Assembly (NCBI RefSeq): GCF_031769215.1
Contig: NW_026782729.1
Location: 558,001 to 622,000, forward strand
Origin: Ylistrum balloti
Lineage: Eukaryota
Reading direction: 5' to 3'
Length of the DNA stretch: 64,000 nt
Positions 1-14,159 of this stretch are shown in pieces. The notes under the pieces are model-generated. The model was not told the DNA's origin and did no database searches. It worked only from the letters and a program-made list of their open reading frames with translations. Positions within the stretch are counted from its first letter, which is position 1; every line of letters starts with the position of its first letter. The position numbers were made by a program, and so were the translations under genes.

Positions 1-12
1 TGAGTTACGTAC

Positions 13-1361
13 CCTGTCTGTCGGCGGGAGTAAGTTTGGACAGTATGGATCTAACCATCGGGAACACCAAAGCGTTTAGGAAACCTATGACTGGAACTGA
101 AATAATGAGAAAAATCATAAAAAAAATATGAACTTCGAAACCGTTTTTGATATAAGCGTTTAATTTTCCAAATCATAATCGCAGGGTATGAACAAATGGA
201 CATTTAATCATATAAAGCTTTTCCAGTCAGACATTTATTCGAAATAACAAATGTTAATTGACTCATTATCAGAAACTTACCCATAAACAACATGACGTCA
301 TCAACCGCTAATGCCTCCACAGTATAAGCTGACATTCCAGAGATAGCACTTAAAATTGCGATGATTTCTTCGGCGAAAAATATCTGCAGACCTTTGACAA
401 TAGCTACACCTAATATCATTGAAGTTGAAACCGAAATTGCCGTGTAATACCCAACTTTAACAGACGTCCAACAAAATGGTGCATTTAATTGGTACAGAAT
501 TTCTGTACTTGGTCTACCAAGAAGAGAAAGCGACGCCGTCATGAAAGTTATTATTCCCAGTACATATTTGTATCTTATAGGAGATGCCTGAAAATAGAAT
601 ATAAATGATGCGCGGGCATTTTCAAACATGGAGGTTTTGGCTATAAACATGGCACGTGGGCGTGAATGCGGCAGAAACAACACAATAACCAGCACTGAAG
701 TGGCTGTTGCTGCACACACGCATATGTTTGCATAGAAGAAACCGACACGCTGAATAACGAACCCAGAAACGAACCCCGAAAGTGCCGCACCTATTCCGAT
801 GGCGGCTTCAAGACATGTTATCATTAGAGTTCGTTGCTTTCCGGGCCTTGTAACATCCGAAATGTAGGCGAATCCAACTGAAAGTACTCCGTAAAAACCA
901 CCTCCGAAGCCATTTAACATGTTGCCAATTAAGAGGTAGTAAACACTGAACTCAAAATAAATGATAATACTGGAAATGCAATTACATAGAAAATATAAAC
1001 TTATTGTAAACGTTAGAACTCGTGTTCTCCCAAAACGGTCACTCAGTCCGCCAATCACCCCACAAGTTACGAGAGCTGGTAAATTATCTGCCAGCTTGAA
1101 GTAGATATTGAACCTTGAAGCCGTCTTCTGTACAGTAGTCCTTTCATGGTAGACTTCAGTCGACGTGTTTACGTTACAGGCGGAACCCTCAGAAGTAGAT
1201 AGATTGGAGTTAGGATACATGTGAATCTGAAAGTAGTGGACTATATATTGGGACGTTAACAGTGTTGAAAGTAACCCACTAAACAAAAATAGCATTAACA
1301 CCACTGCGAGGGTTCCGTGCGACCACCTCAGGGAATTGGGCTTCGGAGGTTTCTTCTCCAT
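13..1361 (-). CDS. SLC46-family MFS transporter paralog 1 (PCFT/SLC46A3-like), partial; coding exons 281-1361 and 13-96, remaining exons lie left of the window
   Basis: ATG at 1361. Exon 1 ends TTTATGG|GTAAGT (phase 1). An 84-bp exon 2 (tttcag|...CAGG|gtacgt) encodes VPVIGFLNALVFPMVRSILSKLTPADRQG. Contains MFS motif A GGLSDRFGR, YISDVT, LEAAIG and LYQLNAPFCW, all typical of SLC46. Confidence 0.9.
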
Positions 1362-3529
1362 GACCGAGTTTTACGCTTTTATTGTTTTATCTGGAACAGG
1401 AAGTCGAATAAGACTTTGTAAAATGTGTTTCTACCAAAGAGTCCACAGTGTTTGATCGTCTCAAAAAGAAACTTCATCAATAAACATTAATCATAAAAGT
1501 CGAGGCCCTGTTACTCAGTAAAGAGGAATGCTCTTGGTGACTTGGTATGAGCATTACAAGCTATCCTACTGATAACATTGAACCACTGGTGACCTAGTCC
1601 GTATTTAAGACACAACATTATCTGAAAAAGACATGTATATACAGACTGATTTCGGGGTATGCTGTGGGAAGATCGAAGATTAACGTCTCTAAACAGACAA
1701 TATTGAATTGAGAAAATTAACAATAAAATGTAAATATTTCCTTATATTCTTTCTGAGGACAAATAAGCTGTATTTTATGTCACAAAGACATCACAGAAAA
1801 CAGTCATTTGGAACGAAATACATGTATTGTTTTAGGATGTAATGTGCCAATATACGACAATCACGAAAACAATGTCGTTATGCGAATAACTTTCAACTCA
1901 CAATACTCTCAAAATTATTAGGAAGTTTAAATGTTGGCGTGGTGTTTTTCTGATATCGTAGAAACCATCTGGACGTAAAAAGATGACGGCCACTTGGTCT
2001 AAAATGTGAAACACGTGTAAAAATAATACATTATCCTTACTTCAATACAAGTTCAATTAAATACTGACTGTTTAGACACGCCTCTTAACTTAGAGTTGAT
2101 CGAAACGTCATGTGACATGGCTTACAAGATCTGAACCGCAACACAGCATCTGTGGATAAAGTGCCAGGTCCGTCCTTCCGGTATTTCTATATCAAATAAT
2201 GTTCCTCTTGCCCGAGCACCTATGTCAGTATTGAAATATACACGGACCTAGATAATGTGGCCTCATCTTTCTGTGATAAACATCTTTATCTACAGTCAAT
2301 AGATACGCAGATTGTGATTTCACTGGCATTCCATATGAGAGTGATTGAAAGTCATGTGCATATGTATTGTCTTCTTGTTGCGGAGAAAATTTTCATTATG
2401 TAGGTAGTATGTAATCATTTGATAATTATTTACCCGAAATTCCTATCGATATGCATTCGCTGAGTTTTGAGGGTTGGGTGGATTGTAAAATTAGCTAGAA
2501 AAGTAATCGTACGAGTATTGGTTTTTTCCATTGTTATTTATTGTTGTATCATTATATGTTGTTTCTTTGCTTTTAAAAAGTCTCTTTTCAAAAAAGTTTT
2601 TATGTGCTCTTTTAGTGAGATGTTGTTGTACAGTTATCTTTAAATGATCTTTTTCACATTTACTTTCTTTCATCAGTTTCAGTCCCATTGACAAGTTGAA
2701 TAAAAGATCAAAGACACACAAGTGATTAGTACCTTTTAATACAATTTTGAAAATAAATGCACTAGAGCCAAATATCGCATTAAACGGCACCATAAATTGT
2801 CATGTCCTTCTAGGATTCGTCAGTAATGCCCAGGGCCTATATTTGAAGCCTTGAAAGCGACAGAAGAAAAGTGATTGAAAGAAATGTCCAACTCTAAAAT
2901 GGGAAATCAAAAAGCCCCATATTTCTTAATTTCATATGTATCTAATGATTTGGAAAGCATGTCAAGTACGAATGCATATTCTGAACCATGTCAATATTTG
3001 AATAAATTGAAAGAGAGGAATAATACCAAAATAGTCGTAGTCGTAATGAAATGTTGTAAATGTAAAATATGGTGACGATTTAATTATTAGAACACCGAAC
3101 AAATGTATCACACATGGCTTGTTTCATTTTTCATAGTAAACGCAGCTTCTACGAATACGAGACAATTATTTATCGTGCTTAGAAATAAATTCTCCAAAAG
3201 GCTATTTACATAGTTATGGGAACTGTGCCCCTCTGCTGGCTGACTTGTTGTTGCTTTCATACGAGGATGAGTTTATTGAAGAGCTTGTCAAAACAGGTCA
3301 ACAAGAAGTTGTCAATTGACAGATTGAATAGTAACACGGTTTCAAAAGATGCAGGTTGATGAAAACTATAGAGAAGTATCAAGGTCGTTATGTTGATCTC
3401 ATTGAGAAATATTCTATTTCTTTGTGCGATTTGAAACTGGACGTTAGTTTGCCTGTTGGTTTCGTTGTTTCATACCTTGTTCTCATTTGAGAACGTTACA
3501 TTACGTACCTAGATTTGACCAATGTTTAC

Positions 3530-3640
3530 ATTGGGGGTGTCATCGATGAAGCAGAACACGCTTACTCCTCCGGAACACCTGGTCTTATTCGACTTGTACC
3601 TTTTCAGGAGCATCCATGTAAATCTTTAGTATGTACTTAT
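3530..3640 (+). repeat. Interspersed repeat copy (retroelement-tail-like)
   Basis: gtgtcatcgatgaagcagaacacgcttactcctccggaacacctggtcttattc aligns with inverted copies at ~9180-9265 and ~13505-13592. Confidence 0.75.
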
Positions 3641-4679
3641 TTTTGCCCTAGTTTTATTGACTTTGATTGTGGATGATGAGTATGTTGACATGTGGGTATT
3701 TTTTCTGTGCCATTCTTCCGGATATGCTACCTTCTTGAGTCCTATCTTCTGGTACCCTACACTCTGGGGCCCATCTGCTAGGGCCCTGCATACTTGGGGC
3801 CTACCTCCTGTATCAAACCCTCTTGGGTCCTATGTAAAATGTTGGCTTTCAGTAAAGTTTAGGTTATGCCTATTTCTTTAATACTACTCACATAACTGCA
3901 GCAGAGAAATAGTCGTATATTATACGCTTTTTAATATTTCTAATATAACGTCCACATTACACAGGTTAACAAAGTAAAGAATATCTATAATATCCACACT
4001 GATTCAACAGTAATGATCATGGTCACCACTTTATACCGCAATGATTTACCGGAATGCTTATTTACGTAGAGTTCAGAAACTAATTAGTATGTATGGGTAA
4101 AGTAAAAATGACTTCTATAATATTTGTATATTTACCCCACATTTAATAGATAGAAATAAAGTTTACCATCACGTAAGTGATACAGTCTTACCACGATGTC
4201 CTAAGACACTAAATTATTAGATTTGACATATTTTTTTATTATCTGAGATACAATCATGTGTCAAAAAGCATACATTTATCACAATATATTCCGCTATTCC
4301 AAATTTACCTACAATCACAGTCTGATGGCACAGGGTTTCATATCGGTAATATCCATCAACATGTTTTGCCAATGACATGGAACAAAGTCCAAACTATGGA
4401 TCACCCTGGCCTACTTATGGTACAGCCCTCCGCCTGTCGAGAAATACTTATACATTGTCTATCGTAGATGAAAGTGTATATGATTAAATAACGGTGGGGA
4501 ATAATATTACCTTACTTGAAACAAATCAAAATGAAATAGTTTCACTAACAAATGACACACAGAGACGTGTCACGATGCTTATTTTTGAATGAAATGAAAA
4601 CAACACCATCTTGTGGAAATTTTGAATGTTCACCTGGAACAATCTTGTATCGATGTTTTTCGTGATATGATCAGCTTCA

Positions 4680-7600
4680 TTATCCTTCATCCCCAATCAA
4701 TTTCTGAGTCTCAGTAATGATTTTCGTCACATCTTGTATTGGTAAGGTTTTCGATCCGCCATTTTTGACACGATAAATCCTGAAAAAAGATTGACAAACA
4801 AGAACTAGATTATTCTAAAAAAATATTCTTCCAGCATGTAATATACGGATATTTCTAATACTTTATCTTGATTTGGTCGTTAGTCCTTTAGGTGGATGTC
4901 ACTCATTCCCATCCACTTAACGATGTAATTTTTAAAAATCCTATTAACGCTGAGGGTTTTAGCATTTACGTTGATATACCTATGCAACACTGACCTATTA
5001 CCAGCAAGCCCAAATGCTCCATTTCCACAACTTATTTTATCCGGAAAAAAGTTTTTAACCATCAGAAAAGCATAACCATAAAATGGACAATTCTGACAAC
5101 CGAGCAAGATAGGAGGAGGTAAAGATGAATACGCAAATACCTTAAATTAAAAGTGTAAAGGGAACATTATATATTACTTATACAAAACAATAGATGTAAA
5201 ACCAAAGAACATAGCCCATACTCACAATAAGAAAAATACATTCAGGAAAGCGGAGCCCGCAAGAACGAGGAAAACCAAGCCCCGCATCGTCTCAACGGTC
5301 TCTTTGTAGATTACCGATGTTCCAAGACTGCTAGCCATTCCTGCTAATATCTCAACCACAGCTATCCCCGCAAAAAGAGCACCTACGATAATAACGTGAT
5401 ACATATCATTTGTAAATAATGTGATTCGTACAGTGTTAATTAATGCGATCCCTATAATAGTACGAACTGTAATACATACAACGGTAAATACTTTGATGTA
5501 AGTAATGTAATGTAAAATGATAAATAACGTGATACACACAACGGTAAATAATGTGATGTAAACAATGATAAATAACGTGATACATACAACGGTAAATAAT
5601 GTGATGTAAACAATGATAAATAACGTGATACATACAACGGTAAATAATGTGATGTAAACAATGATAAATAACGTGATACATACCACGGTAAATACTTTGA
5701 TGTAAGTAATGTAATGTAAAATGATAAATAACGTGATACATACAACGGTAAATACTGTGATGTAAACAATGATAAATAACGTGAACACATGCAACGGTAA
5801 ATACTGTGATGTAAACAATGATAAATAACGTGAACACATGCAACGGTAAATATTGTGATGTAAACAATGATAAATAACGTGATACATACAACGGTAAATA
5901 ATGTGATGTAAACAATGATAAATAACGTGATACATACAACGGTAAATAATGTGATGTAAACAATGATAAATAACGTGATACATACAACGGTAAATAATGT
6001 GATGTAAACAATGATAAATAACGTGATACATACAACGGTAAATAATGTGATGTAAACAATGATGAACAACGTAAACAATGAACACATGCAACGGTAAATA
6101 CTGTGATGTAAACAATGATAAATAACGTGTAAACAATGATAAATAACGTGATAACGGTAAATAATGTGATGTAAACAATGATAAATAACGTGATACATAC
6201 AACGGTAAATAATGTGATGTAAACAATGATAAATAACGTGATACATACAACGGTAAATAATGTGATGTAAACAATGATAAATAACGTGATACATACAACG
6301 GTAAATAATGTGATGTAAACAATGATAAATAACGTGATACATACAACGGTAAATAATGTGATGTAAACAATGATAAATAACGTGATACATACAACGGTAA
6401 ATAATGTGATGTAAACAATGATAAATAACGTGATACATACAACGGTAAATAATGTGATGTAAACAATGATAAATAACGTGATACATACAACGGTAAATAA
6501 TGTGATGTAAACAATGATAAATAACGTGATACATACAACGGTAAATAATGTGATGTAAACAATGATAAATAACGTGATACATACAACGGTAAATAATGTG
6601 ATGTAAACAATGATAAATAACGTGATACATACAACGGTAAATAATGTGATGTAAACAATGATAAATAACGTGATACATACAACGGTAAATAATGTGATGT
6701 AAACAATGATAAATAACGTGAACACATACAACGGTAAATAATGTGATGTAAACAATGATAAATAACGTGATACATACAACGGTAAATACTGTGATGTAAA
6801 CAATGATAAATAACGTGATACATACAACGGTAAATAATGTGATGTAAACAATGATAAATAACGTGATACATACAACGGTAAATAATGTGATGTAAACAAT
6901 GATAAATAACGTGATACATACAACGGTAAATAATGTGATGTAAACAATGATAAATAACGTGATACATACAACGGTAAATAATGTGATGTAAACAATGATA
7001 AACAACGTGATACATACAACGGTAAATAATGTGATGTAAACAATGATAAATAACGTGATACATGCAACGGTAAATATTGTGATGTAAACAATGATAAATA
7101 ACGTGAACATATGCAACGGTAAATAATGTGATGTAAACAATGATAAATAACGTGATACATACAACGGTAAATAATGTGATGTAAACAATGATAAATAACG
7201 TGATACATACAACGGTAAATAATGTGATGTAAACAATGACAAATAACGTGATACATACAACGGTAAATAATGTGATGTAAACAATGATAAATAACGTGAT
7301 ACATACAACGGTAAATAATGTGATGTAAACAATGATGAACAACGCGAACACATGCAACGGTAAATACTGTGATGTAAACAATGATAAATAACGTGATACA
7401 TACAACGGTAAATAATGTGATGTAAACAATGAAAATAACGTGATACATACAACGGTAAATAATGTGATGTAAACAATGATAAATAACGTGATACATACAA
7501 CGGTAAATAATGTGATGTAAACACTGATAAATAACGTGAACACATTCAACGGTAAATAATGTGATGTAAACAATGATAAATAACGTGATACATACAACGG

Positions 7601-10600
7601 TAAATACTGTGATGTAAACAATGATAAATAACGTGATACATACAACGGTAAATAATGTGATGTAAACAATGATAAATAACGTGATACATACAACGGTAAA
7701 TAATGTGATGTAAACAATGATAAATAACGTGATACATACAACGGTAAATAATGTGATGTAAACAATGATAAATAACGTGATACATACAACGGTAAATAAT
7801 GTGATGTAAACAATGATAAATAACGTGATACATACAACGGTAAATAATGTGATGTAAACAATGATAAATAACGTGAACACATTCAACGGTAAATAATGTG
7901 ATGTAAACAATGATAAATAACGTGATACATACAACGGTAAATACTGTGATGTAAACAATGATAAATAACGTGATACATACAACGGTAAATAATGTGATGT
8001 AAACAATGACAAATAACGTGATACATACAACGGTAAATAATGTGATGTAAACAATGATAAATAACGTGATACATACAACGGTAAATAATGTGATGTAAAC
8101 AATGATAAATAACGTGATACATACAACGGTAAATACTGTGATGTAAACAATGATAAATAACGTGATACATACAACGGTAAATAATGTGATGTAAACAATG
8201 ATAAATAACGTGATACATACAACGGTAAATATTGTGATGTAAACAATGATAAACAACGCGATACATACAACGGTAAATATTGTGATGTAAACAATGATAA
8301 ATAACGTGATACATACAACGGTAAATACTGTGATGTAAACAATGATAAATAACGTGATACATACAACGTTAAGTAATGGGGTACATGTACATTCAATGGT
8401 AAGTTATGTGGTACATGTACATTCAATGGTAAGTTATGTGGTACATGTACATTCAATGGTAAGTTATGTGGTACATGTACATTCAATGGTAAGTAATGGG
8501 GTACATGTACATTCAATGGTAAGTTATGTGGTACATGTACATTCAATGGTAAGTAATGGGGTACATGTACATTCAATGGTAAGTAGTGTGATATCATGAA
8601 TGAGCCGATAGTGTGTTTCTACTACAATAACAACAATGGTAAAATGCTATCCGTAGAATTTTTTATGTTGTATTGACGACATGCGCTCATGATATTATGT
8701 CTACAAGGTTACTTTGATAGAGAAATGAAGAATATAGTGATCAGATGATAAATAACTGTACAGATAGATATTGCGATGAAAAGAGATGTTAAGCCTGATT
8801 AAGAGTGTGCGATGAAAAGATAAACCTATACTGACAAATGTTATGAATAAACAAATATGCACGTATTATGAATAGATATCAGTAACGTAAACATAAATGT
8901 AAATGAATTGATAAATGACAAAGCATGTTGTGAAAGTGACATCGTGATTATGAATGCATCGATATTTTAATAATATTTATTTGGATAAATAGATATGGTA
9001 CCGTTATTTCATTATCCAGCAGATATCGACACTCTTCGGTGTATAGAGAATGGCCATTTTTTTTTTTATAAAACTCATGACATTGAAAACAAATTCAAGA
9101 AAATACCAATATGTCAACATAATCATGTTCCAAACTAAAATTCCATCAAAGTAGAGGAAAATGAACAGAAGAAAGATTTACACGGAGACCTTTGTACAAG
9201 GAGAATAAGACCAGGTGCTCTGAAAGAGTAATGGTTTTCGGCTTCATCGACGACACCCGCCATGCAAGACTTGCTCAATCCAATCTCAATAAATAATTCA
9301 AAACACAGGTCAGGGCCATTCTAAAGCCTTTGAATACATGCAGAAATATGACAGTATAGCAATAACTTCCATAAATAAAAGCAGATGTAACTGTTGATAT
9401 GATGAGAGAAATTTGAAAGCATTGTGGTGAATAGAGAGGGACTTCTTATGAGTATCATGTTAATGTGAGTTGGAATTTAATAGTCCAGGCATCCAATGGG
9501 CCATATGATATGAACATCCCATCGGAAAGAGTAAGGAAACACTTACCTTGCCTGTCCGGGGGTGTAAGTTTGGAAAGCATCGCCCTGATTATCGGGAACA
9601 CCAATCTGTTTAGAAAACCAATGACCGGAACTGCACAACAGAAATAAGATGTATGTCGAAATATATGACCCATTTTCCAAAACGATTGTTTTGAAGAGTT
9701 ACTGATTAGGTATATCTTTCTATAATCGCTCAAACGAACTAAAGGATTGGTAAAGCAAAGATCAATTAATAGTACACTCTATGACGATTAGGACTAGATA
9801 TATTAAGACTTAAATGGAGATCATATTATAAAAAAAAATGTTTGAGTAAACTCAAATCATGTCTAGATAGATTAGAAAGGACAGTTATTATTATTTTTTA
9901 TCAGATCGGAGCAACGATCACAGAATATATATCAGCTTGTAAAATGTTGTAGAACAGGAATATTTCACACACTTTCAAACATTTTTACAAAATAGACCGC
10001 TAATTTCTTTGTCTGATCTGTTCAATAACTCAGAAATACCATCTCATGTTTCCTTGTCTTTCAAAACATTTCAATAACCTCAAAATCCGATATATTTTTG
10101 TCATTGTACAGCTCACACCGAAAGCGTTATTTTTTTTATTAAAAAGTCATTATCACACACACTCTCGGAGGAAAGCTGACCTTACCCAGAAAGAGGATTT
10201 GATCACTGAGGGCAAATGCTTCGACAGTGTTTGCTGCCATCCCTGAGATACCACCAAAAATGGCGATGACTTCGTCAACGAACCATTTCTGCAACACTTT
10301 AACACAAGCTACTCCTAAAATCATCGAGGCGGAAGTTGAAATGGCCGAGTAATATCCCACTTTCAAAGAACTCCAACAAAATGGTGCATTCAACTGATAC
10401 AGAACTTCTATATTTAGCTTGCCTAAAATCGAAAACGTTCCGAACATGAAACTTACAATTGCCAGGACATATTTATATCTTTTGGGAGATGTTTCAAAAT
10501 AAAATATAAATGATGCACGAACATTCTCAAGAGTTGTGGTTTTTGATATTAATATGTCAGGAGGGCGTAAAGGTGGCAGAAACAACACAATCACCAACAC

Positions 10601-11257
10601 GGAACTAAACGCTGATGCGGACACGAATATACTTGCATAGAAGAATCCGAAACTCTCAATAATGAACCCAGAAACGAACCCCGAAACTGCCCCACCAAAT
10701 CCGATGGAGGCTTCAAGAAAAGCTATCATTAGAGTTCGCTGTTTTCCTGGGCTTGTGACATCCGAAATGTAGGCGAAACAAATAGATAATGTACCATATA
10801 AACCACCTCCTATGCTGTACACTGCGCTGCTAAACAGGAGGTAGTAAACGTTGATTTCGAGATAAATCAAAATATTTGTAAGACATGCCGATAGAAAAGA
10901 TAAAATGGTTGTATATATTAGAATCCGTGTCCTTCCATACCGATCACTTAAACCTCCTATGATGCTAGATGTAATGAGAGCGGGTAAACTTTCTATCAGT
11001 GCTCTGTAAATACCGATCTGTGTGGCTGTCTTCTGTACTGTTGTTCTTTCATGATATTCCTTTGTCGACGTGTTAACGTTGCAAGCGGACATATTGTCCG
11101 ACGAAGACAGACTCGAGTTCGGAAACATGCGAGTCTGTAGGTAATACACGGTGTATTGAGTCGTCAACAGAGAGGAAAGTATCAAACCGAACAAATAGAA
11201 CATCAAAGTTACTGCAAGGAATCCGTGCGAACACCTCAAGGTAGCCTGATTGTCCAT
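4680..11257 (-). CDS. SLC46-family MFS transporter paralog 2, ~470 aa; exons 10186-11257, 9547-9630, 5226-5382, 4680-4779
   Basis: All introns are GT-AG with consistent phases (1,1,2); the exons sum to 1413 nt. Motifs: GGLSDRYGR, LEASIG, LYQLNAPFCW, IIRAMLSK, GALFAGIAVVE. C-terminal tail is IYRVKNGGSKTLPIQDVTKIITETQKLIGDEG*. Confidence 0.9.
5392..8367. repeat. 48-bp minisatellite, ~60 copies, in intron 2 of paralog 2
   Basis: Unit gtgatacatacaacggtaaataatgtgatgtaaacaatgataaataac. It produces the 16-aa periodic ORFs in the track. Confidence 0.97.
8369..8588. repeat. 30-bp tandem repeat, ~7 copies, abutting the 48-bp array
   Basis: Unit ggtacatgtacattcaatggtaagttatgt, which partly resembles the 48-bp unit. 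Confidence 0.95.
9180..9265 (-). repeat. Interspersed repeat copy, same family as 3530-3640
   Basis: Reverse complement reads gtgtcgtcgatgaagccgaaaaccattactctttcagagcacctggtcttattc. Confidence 0.75.
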
Positions 11258-13504
11258 TTTTACGAGATGTGTGTCCTGTCAATGTTAAGCCTAGAATAGA
11301 AACGGAGTTATGATGTATTGTGAGATATTTCCTACAATATATAAACTTCCAGCACTGTTCAATGAAATGCGACTTCCATGACAAATTAGGAGATGTTAAA
11401 GGTGAATGTGATTTACACTGGCGAAAGATCAAACGTAAGCGTAAAGCACTCTGACAAAGATTCCGAAGTAAATTATGATATATTTATCTGAGCACTAAAA
11501 TCCTTTACAATTAATAAACTTTCAAAAGAAATGTAAAAAAAAAATCAAACAGTAGCTGATCGCTGAAAGGATTGTTCAAAGAAACATAAGCGAGTAGCAT
11601 CTGTCAATAGGAATTAACAAAATTGGATACAGAAGAGCCAAATAATCAATTAACTGCAGCATATAGTTCCGTCCTTCCAGAATTGTGCAAATGAATTCAT
11701 AAACTCGCTGTAATATCCGAAGACGTTTGGAACTATGTTTCCGCGCGGAGCAATTATTTTGGTTTCCGTCATCTGGCAAAATTCAGCGTAACATCAATGT
11801 CAAGTTAACACAGGTTGAACAACAAAACTGTTTAAGTTTCAATAGTCTGATTTTCAGTCAATGATGCAGGATAAATACAATACATGGTCAGCGTATTGAG
11901 ATATAAGCTGTATTTTGGCGAGGAGAAGAAAGTGGCGAGCCACGTAAGACACTGAACATGTATTCCCTATATAATGTAAAACGTGATGATGAATATCTCC
12001 ACAACCATATGTCACGTACTAGAAACACGTTTTTGATCACTCACACAATCGTTTTAAGATATACCAGAATAACGAATCTACATCCGAACGCTGCACTCAG
12101 CAACACCATCCCATCGTAAAATCCATTGTCACTGAGCACCTTGTCAGAATGACAAAATTTCCTGTAGGAAGTGTTTTACAGTCTGTATCATGAACTGTGC
12201 TAGATAAAGAAGGAACGAACTATGTACTATCTACTGATACGCGGTTAGTGTTACACAGATTAAATCAGTATTTAAATTGGCCAAACGAAAGGGGGCACAT
12301 TCTGGGACTGTCGCCAGGGTTCGAACACGTGCAGATTCCAGGATCCCAGATATACAGAGTGACCATGTTGTACTATATAGATAATTGTCCCATACGTTAC
12401 TGATTTATTTTCACTTCAACAACATTTAATCATGTCTGTTGTATACAGTTCGTCATAGCTATGCGTCAATTACAATAGCTACACTAGACTATCTAAATCA
12501 TCACCTAGAGCATATAGCTGTGATCTGTCCGTCTTGTTGATGTTTTGCGTGTTATATGTTATATAATGGTGGCTGCCAGAAAATGGTCAGAATGTAACGT
12601 GAAACATTCTTTTTTTCTACACTACAGCTGAAAAGGTAATCTATGTCCTCTATACGAGGAATTAAACTGCAACTGTGTCCTTTTTCATATTTCAATTCAG
12701 CTAGGGACAAATGTTAACATTACTTGCATTTCCGCTGGTAGATAATGAATTGTAAGTTTCCAACTAATTTAGGTAAGGTTACACCGAACCAATACCATAC
12801 AATGTTATTAAATAAATATGTACAGCTTTTAGAATAAAGTGCGATAAATACATAGATATCCATGTCACATTCCAATATGTAATTCTCATTTATATCAGTG
12901 TCATTAATAAGTTAAATATTCAGAAATGTCATTTTAAATATCATTATTAAGAAAATGTTACATGGGGAATCCTTTTCTCCTGAGAATACGAATAAACTAC
13001 AAATGTTTAGATAAAAAATAAGCCTTACCAGTACCAATTTACGGTGATAGAAATAGACATAGTGAAAAAATATAATTGCAATCGAACAATGTATGGAACA
13101 TAATTGTGTAAGAACAAGTTATTATTGCGAGTTGATGGAAAACGTTTCATGTGGACGAAATGTTATTATGTGGGAACGCAATAATATAGTATGCTCTTTG
13201 AAACAACTCTAAGGTGACTGGAAACGGACATCACCAATTTGTATCAATGATCGTGTTTTATATTTGACCTAATGCTTTGTTGTCAGCCAAAATAAAGGGA
13301 GGTAAGTGTTTTAATTGTGTAAATATTATGGAATACTATTAGCAAAACTAACATGAATGATATAATTTTGTAATGTCCCCTGTATTTACCATATTCATAA
13401 CACAACCTTGTAGTTAACAAAGTTAACTATGTAGCACAAGAAAATACCAACAGTTCCATGACCCAAACCCATATACAGTAACACGTGAACACAATAGTGT
13501 TTTA

Positions 13505-13592
13505 CACAGAGATTCTGAGGAAAAGGAAAAATAAGACCAGGTGTTCTGGAATGGTAAGCAATTTTTGCTTCATCAGCGACACAAGCAATGTC
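13505..13592 (-). repeat. Interspersed repeat copy, same family as 3530-3640
   Basis: Reverse complement reads gtgtcgctgatgaagcaaaaattgcttaccattccagaacacctggtcttattt. Confidence 0.75.
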
Positions 13593-14159
13593 AATCTTGG
13601 TAAATCCAAGTAAGTCGTGTCACGTTCCCAAAGAGAACATTGTAAACAACAGAATCAACAGGTATAATACCGAGCAACAAACACGTCCAACGTCATGTCG
13701 CATTAGAATTTTCTTCACAGTGAGATCATCATGAACACCGAAAATCTTCCTATCATTTTCATCATTCTGTATCTCCCGAAACCCTGTATTGTGAATTTGT
13801 CTATCAGTTACAGATATATCGCAGGAAAATCGAGATGCAGAGAACAACAAACCCTTGAATATTTTATCAAATGCAACACGCAACGGGGTGAAGATGCAGG
13901 GTGAAGCTCTCCGAAAACTTCACAGTAGGTAAATTAGATCATCGCATTTATCATACAGCTTTGTGGGAAGGTGTCCATATTGATCGCGGTGTCTTAAAAT
14001 ATATAGGAAGAGTTTGTTGTGTCCGTGCTTTCCAATTGAGGTGAATATGTATGTTGGAAAGTAAATTCTTTTGATTTAAAGACAGGATGTGTATATATCT
14101 GAAAATGAAATGAAATTACATCGATTATAACGCAGAACTATAATAAACCGTTTAAATGC

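Noticed and set aside
4880-5107. 75-aa CxxC ORF in paralog 2 intron 3
   Set aside because: It has a non-ATG start and no recognisable domain or splice context.
5222-8597. 886-, 1053- and 697-aa ORFs as giant His/Tyr-rich proteins
   Set aside because: They are translations of a 48-bp intronic repeat that is open in all three frames and switches frame at indels. Only the last ~52 codons of the 886-aa ORF are a real SLC46 exon.
12295-12385. tRNA gene (GGTTCGAAC box)
   Set aside because: There is no cloverleaf pairing; at best it is a decayed SINE head.
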